A stretch of DNA of 61,839 nt, counting the filler, from Sphacelaria rigidula (taxonomy: Eukaryota), in the NCBI GenBank assembly GCA_964200075.2. It is 9 parts of 9 records of this genome, joined end to end, with 100 filler letters (N's around TTAATTAATTAA, not from the genome) between each part and the next. Parts side by side here need not be neighbours in the genome. Positions count along the whole stretch, not along the records: positions 34,412 to 41,193 come from CAXNAA020018116.1; positions 41,294 to 48,075 come from CAXNAA020018117.1; positions 48,176 to 54,957 come from CAXNAA020018118.1; 6 more parts are not named here. The stretch is one strand, 5' to 3'. The notes under the pieces were generated by a model that was not told where the DNA came from, searched no databases, and saw only the letters and a program-made list of their open reading frames with translations. Of this stretch, positions 37,560-49,899 are shown one piece after another. The stretch's first letter is position 1. Each line of letters opens with the position of its first letter. Both the position numbers and the translations under genes were made by a program.

Positions 37560-38519
37560 CTGAGAGGGAAAACAGACACAGTATGGCTGGTATTGTCTGC
37601 TGCCCGTTCTCAATTTTCCTCGATCCTTTCGGCAAAAGGGTAGTGAAGGGCTATCGGAGCTGGCAACGAGAGTTCCGGAAAGAATCACGGCTCAAATTTG
37701 ACTCCTGTCCGTCTCTTGGGGGAGGAGAACTTGTGGCAATGTTTTCGTAAGATTGAGTCTTGCGTTGACTCAGAGTGAGTTCAATTATTCGCTTTAAAAC
37801 GACCGAGTCTTCGTTTTGTGTGTGTGTGCTTTGCCTCGCCTGTAACACTGCCGTATGCTTGCAGCTACACGTCGACATCCTACGCCGGGATATCGAAGGC
37901 TTCAGCGGGAGGCTACTACGAGAAGCGCACATGACGCCCGAAGGGGCATTTCGGAACTGAAATCATTTGTCATTCCTCGACTGACCGCTCCTCACTCATC
38001 AACCGTACGTACCCTAGACTCTCAATATCACGAAACCGTTGTTTCATGACGGTCATTCCCGCGTTTTCGTGCCATCCACGCTGAGATCAAATGCTGGTTC
38101 CGTCGGAATCCCCATCTCGTCATCAAAACACACGACCTCGCGAATTTTCCCGCATAACGAGCAGGAATGATTATGTCGTCATTGTTGTTGTGGCTGCCGT
38201 TGCTTGTTTTGTTGTTTTGATATCACTCTCAATCAAGCGTCTAGACACATGCAAGGCGCGTTCATCAACGACGTGGAGTGGGGAGGGGAACATCCTCACT
38301 TATCACTTATAATCACGCGTCCATACACCACGCACACGGCATTCCCGTGTCGGTCGACAGTAGTTGCAACAGGCCTAGGCTATACGCAGTACAGTTTTTG
38401 TCTATTTTGCCCGGGGTGTAATATATTTGCAGGCGGTACCCCACGCACGTACCTTGGAGCACACCGTACTCATGGTCACCGATAACCCTAGGTGTTCGGT
38501 ACTGCAGCACCCTGAGAAC

Positions 38520-38620
38520 CCACGGTACCTTGGGTTACTGTATCCTGAATTACGGTACCCTGACTTACGGTGCCCTGACTTACAGTACCATGAATTACGG
38601 TACCCTGAATTACGGTACCC
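38520..38620. repeat. 15-bp minisatellite (CGGTACCCTGAMTTA)n in NEK intron 1
   Basis: About six consecutive units. Confidence 0.85.
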
Positions 38621-39995
38621 CATCATGGCCACCTTTTCAGCGCCGTTGACTTGTCAATGCGGACACTCTCTGCACGGAACTCAGGAGCAGAGGCGCTCAA
38701 GTCATCCCAAGCTTGGGCGGGGACAGTGTATTGACTAGATTGCTGCACAAACAAAGGAGTAGCCAAGAGGCGTGGCCTACGGGCAGTAACGAGTTTCGTG
38801 GCCAGGGTTTTCGTCACGCTCATAATCCCTCTCCGTTCCCGGGACGTGTCCGTGGTCTCAAGGGATCAATCCATCCCTCCCTCGATCTACGGGAGAAAAT
38901 TGCGCACATGATTGCAGCGAGAGACCCGCACGGTACAAAAGGGATACTTGTTTTTGGCGATTTTTTTGTTCGATGGAGCCGCTGTGGAGCAGCAAATGAC
39001 ACACACCCCCGAGCGTGAGGTGACTCACTATTTCTTGTGCCTCTGTGGTTGGTACATTAGGCGGTAGCGAGGGGAAGAAGAGCCGTTACGGTACATCGGG
39101 GGGGGGGAGCAGGAGTAAAACATAACACGATATGTACCCATCGTCGATCATATTTTCACAAGCACCAAGTCAACAAGAACCAGACGCACGCCATCCCTTG
39201 GACAGGAAGCGGCGCCCTGACACACGGGGTCGCTCACGCAAGAGCAAAACACGTTTACCCCTACTTACCTGCTCGATGTTCGGCGTATGGAGTGTTTGGT
39301 TGTCTCGCCCACCGTACCTGAACAGTTTTCAGCTGAACTTTCGGTCGCGGTATCGAGACATTATGAGTAGACACCTACGCTCTTTTTCACTCGTTCCCCC
39401 CGTCCGTCAGATATGTTTCATGTCTTTATCTGCGCTGAACTTCACGTGCTCAATAATTTTTGGGAAATGTATATACATCATTTAATGTTGGCGCCATTAA
39501 TTTTTAATTCCTTGCTGCTGCTATGAACTACCTTCCGAAAAAGAAAAAACACATGTTCCGACCATTCATGGTGCTTACTCTCCTCCCACTCTTTCTGCAC
39601 CATTGGTTCGCAAAATGGAATTCCGGCAGTAGTAGCGTATCTAGCCTACGAACTAAACCCGTAGATTTCCTCAAAAATGGTTCCGCTTTGCGCATCTCAC
39701 GCCACAAAATATCGTACCAAGCCATTATGCATTCCCGCACGAAACAAGAAAGACCCCTCGCGCCCCTTCTTCAACTTTCCAGGTCTACAGTACCGTCTTA
39801 CTCCGGGTTGCTAATCGAGACTGAATAGCGACGAAGTGTTCTCCATGTGCATCAACAAAAGTCAAATATTTTCAACCAAATTCCTCTGCCCCTTCATGTA
39901 TATATATATATATATATATATATATTTGCTGTAATCAGTCACACTTCTCTGGCCCGCTCCCCCCCTCCAACCCCGGATCATGACAACTATTATAC

Positions 39996-40103
39996 CTTAA
40001 TAACGAATTTCTCGCGTCGACCTTCATCGCCGACTCGACAAACCAGATAGGCGGCCCCAAAGCTGCCCCTGCCCAGCTCCTTGATTTTGCGGTACTTCTC
40101 CAT
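39996..40103 (-). CDS. NEK (NIMA-related, NEK1-like) Ser/Thr kinase exon 1 (MEKYRKIKELGRGSFGAAYLVCRVGDEGRREKFVIK)
   Basis: Not in the ORF track. GCCATGG start, Gly-rich loop GRGSFG, VIK catalytic lysine; AAG|GTATAA donor, phase 0. Confidence 0.93.
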
Positions 40104-40570
40104 GGCAGAGTTATTGCCGGGCTCGATCGGGTGTCGTCAGGTGTATCGCTATACCGCCATGCTGCCACTGTCTGCGTTTTGTCGTGGCTGGGTCATGCCA
40201 CACGGAACGCGGCCGAATTGACACGCACGGCCTCGATAAGGGTTGTGCAGTTCTTCTTCGCCGTGCGGGTCTTGTACTTTGGTGCAAACCCAGCGCACAG
40301 AAACAAAGAAACGGAGGCATCGGCGTTGAGTTAGTTTCGTCGGTGTTGTTGTCGTCGACATCGCCGTTGTTGTTACTGCTGCTGCTGCTGTTGTTGTTGT
40401 GGCGACGGCGGCGGTGGCGATCGTGTTGGCCGTTTGTATCGTCGAGTGAATATCCTGGGCGGTGCACATGCACGACACAATCAACTATTGCACGACAGAA
40501 GTTTATCCGCCATCATCGACGGAAGATTACAAACACGCCGGATTCGACATATAGGCACGAAGGGAGTAAT

Positions 40571-40829
40571 GAGTGATGCTATGGTAGGGGGTGCACAAAT
40601 ATTTTCTGAGGTTAGAATTGTTAGGAGCCCTTCATCTCATCCAAAACACGACTTCTGAAAATATGTGGAAGTGCGCCAGGATTACTACTCCAATGTTCTG
40701 GGGAAATATCCCGACTGACTTTGCAAACAGGATACCCTGACCCATATCCTTGTGCATCTAGAATCATTAGGAGTCCCTGAACCAGACAACATTTTGCGTA
40801 AAAAGTGCACCCCGACCGTAGCATTACTC
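40571..40829. mobile_element. Same Sola-like MITE, copy 2
   Basis: GAGTGATGCTATGGTAGGGGGTGCAC ... GTGCACCCCGACCGTAGCATTACTC; flanks TAAT/TTAT. Confidence 0.85.
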
Positions 40830-41944
40830 TTATATAATGAGTGTTTTGTCGCCAGTACTCAACGGAACGAGCAAAACCCCGATACTGGACACAGTAGTCA
40901 CGTAGCCGTTGCTAGTACTTCGAGGGCGCTAGAAGAGCGGGGCGGCCCGGCTTTGAGCCAAACACGGACGGGAACTGCCGCATCGACGAGGGCAATGGGT
41001 GGCAGATATCATCACCCGCGACACATGACACGGGGTCCTGAAAATGGGAACGAAACGTTTTGTGAAAACGGAAGAACAAAAATGGGGGCTTGAAATTGTG
41101 CAAAAGCCCCCCCCCCATGGTAAGACACCCATGAGGCAGTGTATAAGCCGTGGCTGTCTCTGGGAGTGGCGATACCACAAAATATAGCAACACNNNNNNN
41201 NNNNNNNNNNNNNNNNNNNNNNNNNNNNNNNNNNNNNTTAATTAATTAANNNNNNNNNNNNNNNNNNNNNNNNNNNNNNNNNNNNNNNNNNNNAGTGGAC
41301 ACAATCCCGGGGAGCGGTGGATTCTCATTTCAAAATACCTTCTCATTTTTCTGGCAGCCCTGTTATCAGCAAAGGTACCTAAACTTGTACGGGCCCTTAA
41401 CGATGTCCGATTTGTTTTTTTTAATGAACCCTACGGTGTTTTTTCTGTTGAGAAAATGTTTTCAAAATTTGCAGCTCGTGCTTGAACCATGCAGCCGCGC
41501 GGCCGAGAAAAAGTAGGTCCGTCCAAAAACGGCCATTTTTCGCTCGTTTTATCAGGAAAGCATGATAGACCCAGCAACACGAAAAATCGCGAAAAACGGA
41601 GCAAAAAATGTGAAAATTGCGGAACCACCATCGATTTTGGACATGTCCGTGATATTAACCAACGCATGCCCCATCCAACATTTTGTTAGCATGTAATTGC
41701 TAGTGCTCGGCGTGAAAACGTCCAAAATCGGTTAATGATGGGGGGGAAATGGATCAAAAAGGAGCGAAATGAGGTATATTTCGACGTAGTTTTAGTGATG
41801 TAAACAAGTTTTTTTTTTCATTTTTTTTCATCAGCTTCATTTGCGCTTTGCTTTTCTAACGAACCCAACCACAACATCTTCGCCACCACTGGCATACCCA
41901 AACAATGTATCGCTGTTAGGTACTTTTACTAATCGGACACAGGA

Positions 41945-42090
41945 AGTAAAAGATTTTTGTGTGATGTATTGAAGAAACGTGATGAGCGCCGGAATGTTGG
42001 AGGTGTCTCGATCAGGACTAGGAGCGGTGCTCCGCCTTGAAAGGCATGCGTGGCCAACGGTCGAACGACCAAGGCAGGCAACAAATGAGT
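41945..42090 (+). mobile_element. Short 3'-end copy of the same LINE (a more diverged copy ends at ~25625)
   Basis: GAAGAAACGT.ATGAGCGCCGGAATGTTGGAGGT...GCAACAAATGAGT matches 37140-37260; AGTAGGAACGGTGCT.CGTC.CGAAAGGGA also at 25551. Confidence 0.85.
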
Positions 42091-42981
42091 CCCCCCCCCC
42101 CCCACATACACACGTTTCCCTTTTTAGGACAAACATCGGTTGGCAACGCTGTTAAACGCGCAACTCTCTGCGTAAGCCAGGCAACCAGGTTACCGTTTTT
42201 TGCACGCTTGCGAGTTTTGGCGGTAAACATAATGGTTGTCGAGATCATTTTGTGGGGGGTGCGGAAGCTCAACTTCACAGAAAAGAGAGAAAAATCATCA
42301 TCAACCGTATTGTTTAAATTGCGAGACATCCATGAGGCAGTTCGTGAGCCGTGGCCGTCTTTGGAAGTGGCTATACAAAACGAAGCGACTCGTTCGAGTC
42401 TGTCACCCATATGCAAGATAACCAGTACGCTTCGAAAAGGACAACCTTAGTAGGATGCAGCGCACCCTTTATGCGATTCGCCGAACACAACACAGCGCTT
42501 TGCGCTTGATGATTGATCGTGAGCCTTTTCCGGCGAAAGTCCAGCGTACTCCGCCCCGGCTTCGTAGGGACGCGGATAATGGTCTCGTGGACTACTGCAT
42601 GCAAGGACATGAGTACATCCCCCTCCTCCCATGGTGGGCCGAAAAGATTTTTGATCACCTCAACGTTTCGATTCAGACGCGTTGAAGCGATTGAGATGCA
42701 TGACAACGCATCACGTTACGGAATTTCTGCGATACGGCGGCGCAAGCAAGATCGCTTGCTTACATTCGTGCAGCGGGTGGGACCCAGGCCGAAGCATGAT
42801 TACTGCATGCACTGTATAGTTGATGTAGCCGAGCAGAACAACCATGAGACCTCCGAGGCAGAATTTTCATTCAGATTCATGAAATAAGTCCATCATGTCA
42901 GGGCCACCAAAACCAAAAAATACCAAAACAAACACCATCTCACAACGGGGGGAAGCATGCCTCAACTACTCGTAGTCTGGA

Positions 42982-43595
42982 TCAAGTGACTTGGTACACC
43001 TATACTCACTTAAAGTAACTTGTGTCCCCTACGATAAAATCAAGTAACGTACGTTAGCTGGTATATCATCAAGTGACTTGTTTCATATATAGGTAAATCA
43101 AGTGCCTTGCCTCAGCCAGTCCAAGATCAAGTGACCTGATTCACCGATACTCACTTCAAGTGACTTGCAAACCCTGGACAATAGATTATATTGTCAATAA
43201 TGTACTGCGTATAGTATGGAATACATTGTTGAAATAGGCGCAGTAGTCGATACTGTACGCAGTAGACTTTTTGACAGCGTGTTCTCTTGTCCACGGTGTG
43301 GTAACCTGCTTCCCCTATTTTCAAATAGAGTAAACTGCCTCAGCTATTTTAAGAGCAAGTGAATTGGTTCACCCCCACTTCGTTCAAGTGACTCGACTCA
43401 ACTACTCAGAGATCAAGGGATGTGCTTCCCAATGCTTAATTCAAATGACTTGCCTCAGCTAGTCCAACATCATGAGATGTGCTTCACCTATACCTGGCTC
43501 ACGTAGCTTGCTTCAACTATTCTAAAACCAAGTGACGAGGTTAGCCCACACCAAGTTCAAGTTCCTTGTCCTCCACTCTAAGATCAAGTCACTCG
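42982..43595. repeat. 29-bp-period array, ~18 units, palindromic core TCAAGTGACTTG with variable 17-bp linkers
   Basis: Cores at 42982, 43011, 43040, 43069, 43098, 43127, 43156, then 43297, 43326, 43355, 43384, 43413, 43441, 43470, 43499, 43528, 43557, 43584. Confidence 0.9.
43171..43297. mobile_element. 127-bp foldback (MITE-like) inserted in the 29-bp array
   Basis: ACCCTGGACAA / TTGTCCACGGT termini; inner arms TACTGCGTATAGTAT / ATACTGTACGCAGTA. Confidence 0.75.
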
Positions 43596-44647
43596 TTTAG
43601 TATAGGAATAAATGTGGGACTAGGGTATAGGATTCAGTACACCCCCTCATTCCCCCTCCCTGAGCACGGTGAGTGAAACAGATGCAGTGAGTCCAGGGCG
43701 ATTGTTTTGCATACCCTTGGTCTGTAACACCTCACAATGATCGTCAACGCATTGTACGTAAAGCCTGAAGTCCACGGTCTCGTTCGACGCTATGTGGCGC
43801 GAGAGATTGCAGCATCAGGTACCAGCACAGCGAAACCGAACCAAATGCATCCGTGGTTAGAGGTACCTGCAGTCCGCTTCGACCAGCTGCCCTTCCTCTG
43901 ATACATTCCCAACTTTACGTGAATCTTCTCATGGCCACCACCAGGCGGGTATACGAGTGAAACTAAGAGTTGAGCTCATCCACTGCCGTCGTGCTTCAAT
44001 CACGACCATAACATCGAAGACCTCGGATGGACAAAATCATTGCAGGGAAGCTTTTGTGCCAAAATTACGCGGACGGGTTGCGCACCCTCACCATGCACGA
44101 GCAAAATACATCGCCAAGACAAATAAATATTTACCAAAATAGCACTGATGCATCGCCGGTCGGAAAGGGTGTCACGGCAGCACATTCCAGTAACCCTCCC
44201 ATCGGGATACGGAGGGGTTGTACACAGTCATATCGCAAAACCCGTTGCCCAGACTTGAGCTGACCGCTTCCCCTTCCAACACGACGACCCGCTAGTCCTC
44301 TGGTATTCTGCAATGACTCCCGGCCCTCAGTAACCAACTCCGAAATTCTCTACATGCATTGTAAATCCAGTTTCGGGTTAAAGCATGAAATGGACGGGGC
44401 ACCCGCCCCCAGCCACATGACACATCTGAGAGAGGCTAACTTTGTTTGCAACAAAATTACAGGTGTGAAAGGTGGAAAATCAGGAACCGCCGCCTGGGCC
44501 CGGGTAAGATGATCCCTGCATAGCATTGTCGCGCCAAAACCCTCGAACGAAGCCACAGTATACTGCCGAGGACCGCGAGGGGTGGTGGCCTCAGACAGCA
44601 GTGCGACCAATCTCCGAGTGCTGTTGTGGAGCATATGCCGTCCGCGT

Positions 44648-44767
44648 CTAGACTAACCAACTCGCCGTGGAGTCGGTCGAATCACCAGAGACACGCCTAT
44701 CCCGCCATTCCGCGGACAGATCTTCGTGTAACTTGCGGTCGTGATTGCGCAACAGATAACCGGGATC
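44648..44767 (-). CDS. CTL-like protein, last exon (DPGYLLRNHDRKLHEDLSAEWRDRRVSGDSTDSTASWLV*)
   Basis: CTCGTAG| acceptor in phase 0; VCFVQ-DP..L..NH..L...L...W matches the usual CTL C-terminus; TAG stop. Confidence 0.78.
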   Translation of the reverse strand, partial: DPGYLLRNHDRKLHEDLSAEWRDRRVSGDSTDSTASWLV

Positions 44768-45230
44768 CTACGAGCACACACAAGGGCGGGTGATGCGCAC
44801 GGATCTGGGCTTCAGCACGACTGATGAGTTCACTAATTTGTCCGCCTCACGAAGTACAACTGTCGTTCACCAGATGCTCACAACACTCTGCAGCTATGTT
44901 TGCATACCACCATACGCAGTGGAGCTATACCATACTTGACATACGTCACCGCACATTTCCGAGATAAGAGTCTTACTCCAGAAATTGTGATAGAAAAGTC
45001 GAAGCACACGAAACGGACGCACTTTCGCGCAGCTTTCATCCGGTGTACAGCACACGCATGCTGGATGTAGGACCACTTACTGCATTGCCAACAATTGATG
45101 TCGGCGCGATCTCAGAGTTGTTTATAAACAGCCATTGCTTGGTATTGATTGAGAGTTTCTACCGTTTGAAAGTTTTCAACGTAGCGCGAAATGAACAAGG
45201 GTGAAAGCACACACACGCGCGGATCCTCAC

Positions 45231-45355
45231 CTGGACGAAGCAGACGAAAACGGTCTTGAACCCTGCGCGCACGACCTCCAAGGTAGTGGAAATCACCATC
45301 ATCCCTGCCAGGTAGATGAACATCAGCGTGTACGAGACGCCATAGACACCTACAC
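45231..45355 (-). CDS. CTL-like protein, penultimate exon (..LEVVRAGFKTVFVCFVQ)
   Basis: Hydrophobic helix plus TVFVCF family motif; CAG|GTGAGG donor. The acceptor could alternatively start the exon at 45349. Confidence 0.8.
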
Positions 45356-45643
45356 CTAGCTCGTGCAACGATAAAGGCGGTCGCGAAATGGGGTATGTGT
45401 TAGACGCCTTCCATGAAACGCCCCCTCAGGGATTATGCCCTCGCGGTTCCCGTGCAGAGGTGAGATAACTTGCATTTATAAGCAACTAGCTACTGAGCAG
45501 CAGCATGACAGCGAGTAGCGGGTGACTCAAACTCATCCGAGACGGGCGACAAAATGACCACCATTCGCCCCCTCCGCCCTCCAACTCGCGGGTCTGAGAC
45601 GAAAACAACAGAACATCCGCCCGATCATCACTGCAGCACTTAC

Positions 45644-45793
45644 CCGCCTCCATCGGAACCACGAGATGGAACGTCAAGATGGTGCAGTACATGGCGATGA
45701 CGGCGGTCATCGTGAGGGCCACGTCAACGATGTAGTCGTTTGCCATGGTTGTCACGCCACGGCTCTTGAACAACTCGCAGGCGCGATTTGCAG
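45644..45793 (-). CDS. Choline transporter-like (CTL/SLC44/Pns1) protein, third-last exon
   Basis: ANRACELFKSRGVTTMANDYIVDVAL followed by a hydrophobic helix; GTCAG| acceptor, G|GTAAGT donor. Confidence 0.8.
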
Positions 45794-48700
45794 CTGACGA
45801 TTCGGGGAGCATGGGGGTGGCGGTGGGGGCAGGTGACGTGTTGATGTTGTTCTCGTTACTTCGCGGTAGAAAACGAGTATATTTTGAGCATCTAGGATGT
45901 TGTCATGCACCACGATTATCGCGCCGTAGCTCTCGAGTAAGTCACAGGTGCGGCTCCCTGTCAAAAAATTGGTAGCGTAAGCTTGGAGTGGAGGAGTTGG
46001 GCATGCTTTGTATTGTTCACGTTTTGGAGGGTAGTGCACGTAGGGGGTGTACTGATGATCATGCATGCCATAGTCATAAGACCACTGACCTCTCATCCCT
46101 ACAAGGCCGGGGGACAGAGCACGCCGGGTTTTCGCCGGAGCAGGCTCGCACTCATACCAAGCGCGAAGCGCCGTGGTGTGTTCGGTGAGTCGTAGTGCAC
46201 GTGGGGGACGATAGCTGGAGCAACACCACGTGTTTCCATTTGGGTGGGGAGTGATGATTCCCAGCACACTGTACGAGCTGGGCCAGCCTTCACGCGAATT
46301 TGTAGTTTGCAGGCTCATTCGACGGCCAATATTTAGAGTTGCACCCTAAAAATTGGTGAGGACAATGCAAGGTTCATGATAAAAAAATTCACGCGTGCAC
46401 CCGAAGATTTGTTTTCTCATGATTTAACGAAATTTTACTGGCACCTGAGAACTGATTATTGCCTTCAACCCTTTCGGGACCGACTCTCAACTAACACGGG
46501 GTTGATTATGTGTGAGTAAAATAATTAAAAACAAATAAGGGAGCGACTTGCCTAATCACGGCGAGGCGAATTTTATTGATCAAATCCGAACGACCAGCTC
46601 GGGGATTTGTCAACGAATTTGATGTTACTGCCAAGATCGTGGGGGAGCCATGTCCCTGGTCCAGATAAGCCTTTCAAGGTATGCAAAGCCGGGATGCTCG
46701 GGGAACGATTTATCGTTTTACTTGCATTCAGTATATCGCTCCCGTGATTTCCAGGACGTTTTTTTGGGTCGTTCGCCTCTACTCAAACGTAGTAATTATA
46801 CTGCGAAGGTAAAGCGTACATGCTACATTTGATTTTAGTATAGGACCTTATGTGCGCCATATCTCGATATATATATATAAGTATGTAGGTGAAGGTAAAG
46901 GTATATATCGTCTCCTCGTGCTTCAGAGAATGTCCACACCAAAAATCGTCGCCCTCTGCTGAATGTATTGTTTGGGGTTTCATATAAGTTCTAGTATGGA
47001 AGCTATCTCCGTATGGTACAGGAATTATTGCGTTAGACATGGAGTTTTATCAACGAGAATATATTGGCTCAGGCTTTTGAGCAAATGGGTAACTTCCCCT
47101 TGATCACACTATTATGATAGTACAATATGCGGATCACGGCCCAACTCGTCCGTGTCGATCAGATATTACTTTGAGAGCTCAGACCCGTTTTGAGGCTGGC
47201 CCCGCTCGTGAAGCTCCCGGGTAGAATCACAGCCACGTGAGTGAATGTTTGAGGAGGAGGGGCAACGAACTGACAGAGCCGAACTTCAACAATTTTTAAG
47301 TATATTGCAGCAGGGGCTTACAATGACTGCTACTTGGGGTGAAAGCTGTCCACAACAACTTCGTTTAGTGCATGTCGGGACCCACGATTTAACCGCGAAT
47401 AGCTTTTCTACAGTTGGTATTGAACAGTATTGATGCAAGCTATAGACCATGCGCGGGTATTCACAGTTAATTTTGTCAACGTTTCATGATCTTTCAAAAT
47501 TGACACGAGAAGTTCGTGCTTCAACCCAAAATAGACGTGTATCATTCTCGTCGACATTTCACCCAAATTCATACCATCAACAGGGTACTACGAGACTGTA
47601 AACCACGCGGCAAGCGAGACTACTTCCGTGCGGGGTCCTGTGACGACAGGGTGTCTCTCCCGGAACCAGCCCTAGGGTTGACAGGAGCCGTTCCCAGGAG
47701 CGCCTTCCCAGTTTCCTTGACGGTACAGTAGCCCTGCTTCTTTCATTCCTGAGTTCATCTTTAGGGTACAATTGATGGACCTGCGTAGTTTTTTCTTTCT
47801 CCCCCTTGACGGAAGAAGGAAACCTGAGCCAACACTTGCCCCGCCAGCGGATTCGTGTGCCGGTTACTCGGAGGCTCGGCTAGGCTGCCTCGCGACAGTC
47901 ATGTGGGGCAGGCACCTCAAGCGTTCGCAAGCTTTGCTCAAGGCGGTGTGGGGGTTGCGCCCACTTTTTTTCTTCTTCCTCACATTTTGAACCCCTCCCC
48001 TTCCTCGGGATGAGTCCGTGGTCTCAAGGGATCAACCCATCTCTCCCCCGGTACGTGTCTGTCATTCTGGCCTCGNNNNNNNNNNNNNNNNNNNNNNNNN
48101 NNNNNNNNNNNNNNNNNNNTTAATTAATTAANNNNNNNNNNNNNNNNNNNNNNNNNNNNNNNNNNNNNNNNNNNNAGTACGCCCCCCCCCCCTCCCCCCC
48201 CGCCCGTAGACGGGGGCTCAGCAACGGCACTACGTGCCAGGCGATGATCACAGGTGACTCGTTCAGCGATCGGAGCTATTTCTTTAGTACTTTTCCCCCT
48301 TGGTGTACCCCCCCTCCTCGGCACGAGTGCTTGGTCTTGGAGCACTAGTCCATCTCCTTCCCAGCACCTGCCTCACAATATGTGATATAGCATCGGAATA
48401 ACACTCCCGAGAGCCGTTGACTGTCGACGAATTTCATCAATACATTCCTACAACATGGAGGTTGTGGAGGGCATGTGAGGTACTTTTCAGAGGTGTACCT
48501 CGACTACCGCCGAGTTCGACCTGAACTGTCGTCGTCTAGAGAGGATACTCTTTGATGTAAAGTCTGGTACCATCCACTGGCTACGTGTGAGTCTTGTCCA
48601 CCTGGACATTTGTGTGCCCTCTTGTGGCAGGGAGTGATTTAAGGTGCACATTGTGTGCTGTCATAAACTGCCGGAAATTATTCCGGAAATCTCATCTGCT

Positions 48701-49899
48701 GCCATGAATCCCTTCGCCCTTTTTTTTTTCTCTTTTCTTTCCTTTTTTTTTTCCCATCGTTTCATTGTTTTTTGTTTTGCTTTGTTCTTTCCTGTTGTTT
48801 TCCTTTTTCTTGCTTTAGGTCGGCCATTTCTTTCTGTGCTTTGCGTGTGTTGACTTTTTCTTACTTTTTTTTGCCACGACTTAAGTCTGATATGTCGTTC
48901 TGTTCGACCACTCTCTTTTTTTCCCTGTTCCTATTTTTTCCTGTTCCTTTTTTTTGTTTTCCTTGGATTGTGTTTGAGTTTTGTTTTCCTTGGGTACGTC
49001 TATCATGAGAACACGGCTGGAACCTGGGGGGGTCAATTAAAGTGCGGCAATCAATCAATCAATCAGTCTCACCCACTATCAGCTCGAACGCATATCTATA
49101 TCGGCGGCCAAACGCTTGGAGGTAAGGGGGGTTTACGTTGCCTACTCTTGCTCTTGACGCCGGAGGTACACGACATATTGTTCCCTGTCTGATCCTGTAC
49201 CTGTGCTGCCCTCCCCCAGCCCTCGCTGTTCCACCCGTTCAAACGTCGAACTCAAAAAGTCGCATCCACGTCGAGTTGAAAAATCCTGATGTCGAAGTAT
49301 GTGACGTACTCCCTATAAAGGTGATGTTACCTCCAGTTTTGATAATGTTATTTTCAAGTAATCCAAAATACGACCTCTACCCTTTTCCTCCCCGCGCTCG
49401 CACCCCGAAAACAAACTATGAGCAGAAGGTCTTCGAAACTGAAGCGAGATCTCACATATCACGGACACGGATCCAGCACGATACAGCGGCAAGCGATACG
49501 AATAGCAGCAACGGGAGTCGCACATCTAACAGCGGCGTAGCCGGAGCCTCCAGTAACCACTCCGCCCAGCAGCCGTCGTCGAAACGAAAGCCAAATCCAC
49601 TCGGCGGTACCATCCAGAACCCTCCAAGCTACCGAACGTCTGTGTACGCCGCTTCCTCAGCAGCGGCGTCAGATTCTGCAAGTCAAAGGCGTTCCGGTAG
49701 CAGCGTTCTCATCAGTAGAGGCCCGCAGAAGGGAAGCATTGACAGCAGCGACGACGATTTGACTTCTTCAAGCCACGGGACTGCTGCTGTGGCGGATCTG
49801 TCGATTCCCGCACCACCAAATGAGACGGCCGCGGCACCACCGCCGTCGTTGCCTAGTCGACGAATCATCCCCGGGCCGGCCACACGTCCGGGCCTCCGG

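Noticed and set aside
42982..43595. CRISPR or guide-RNA (TIGR-like) array interpretation
   Set aside because: The repeat is only 12 bp and degenerate, the 17-bp linkers are related to each other, there is no cas or other effector gene, and the context is eukaryotic. Kept only as an unusual array.
46960..47040. AIIPVPYGDSF as a possible upstream CTL exon
   Set aside because: Only superficially like the YGxSF motif, and no GT donor in the required phase.
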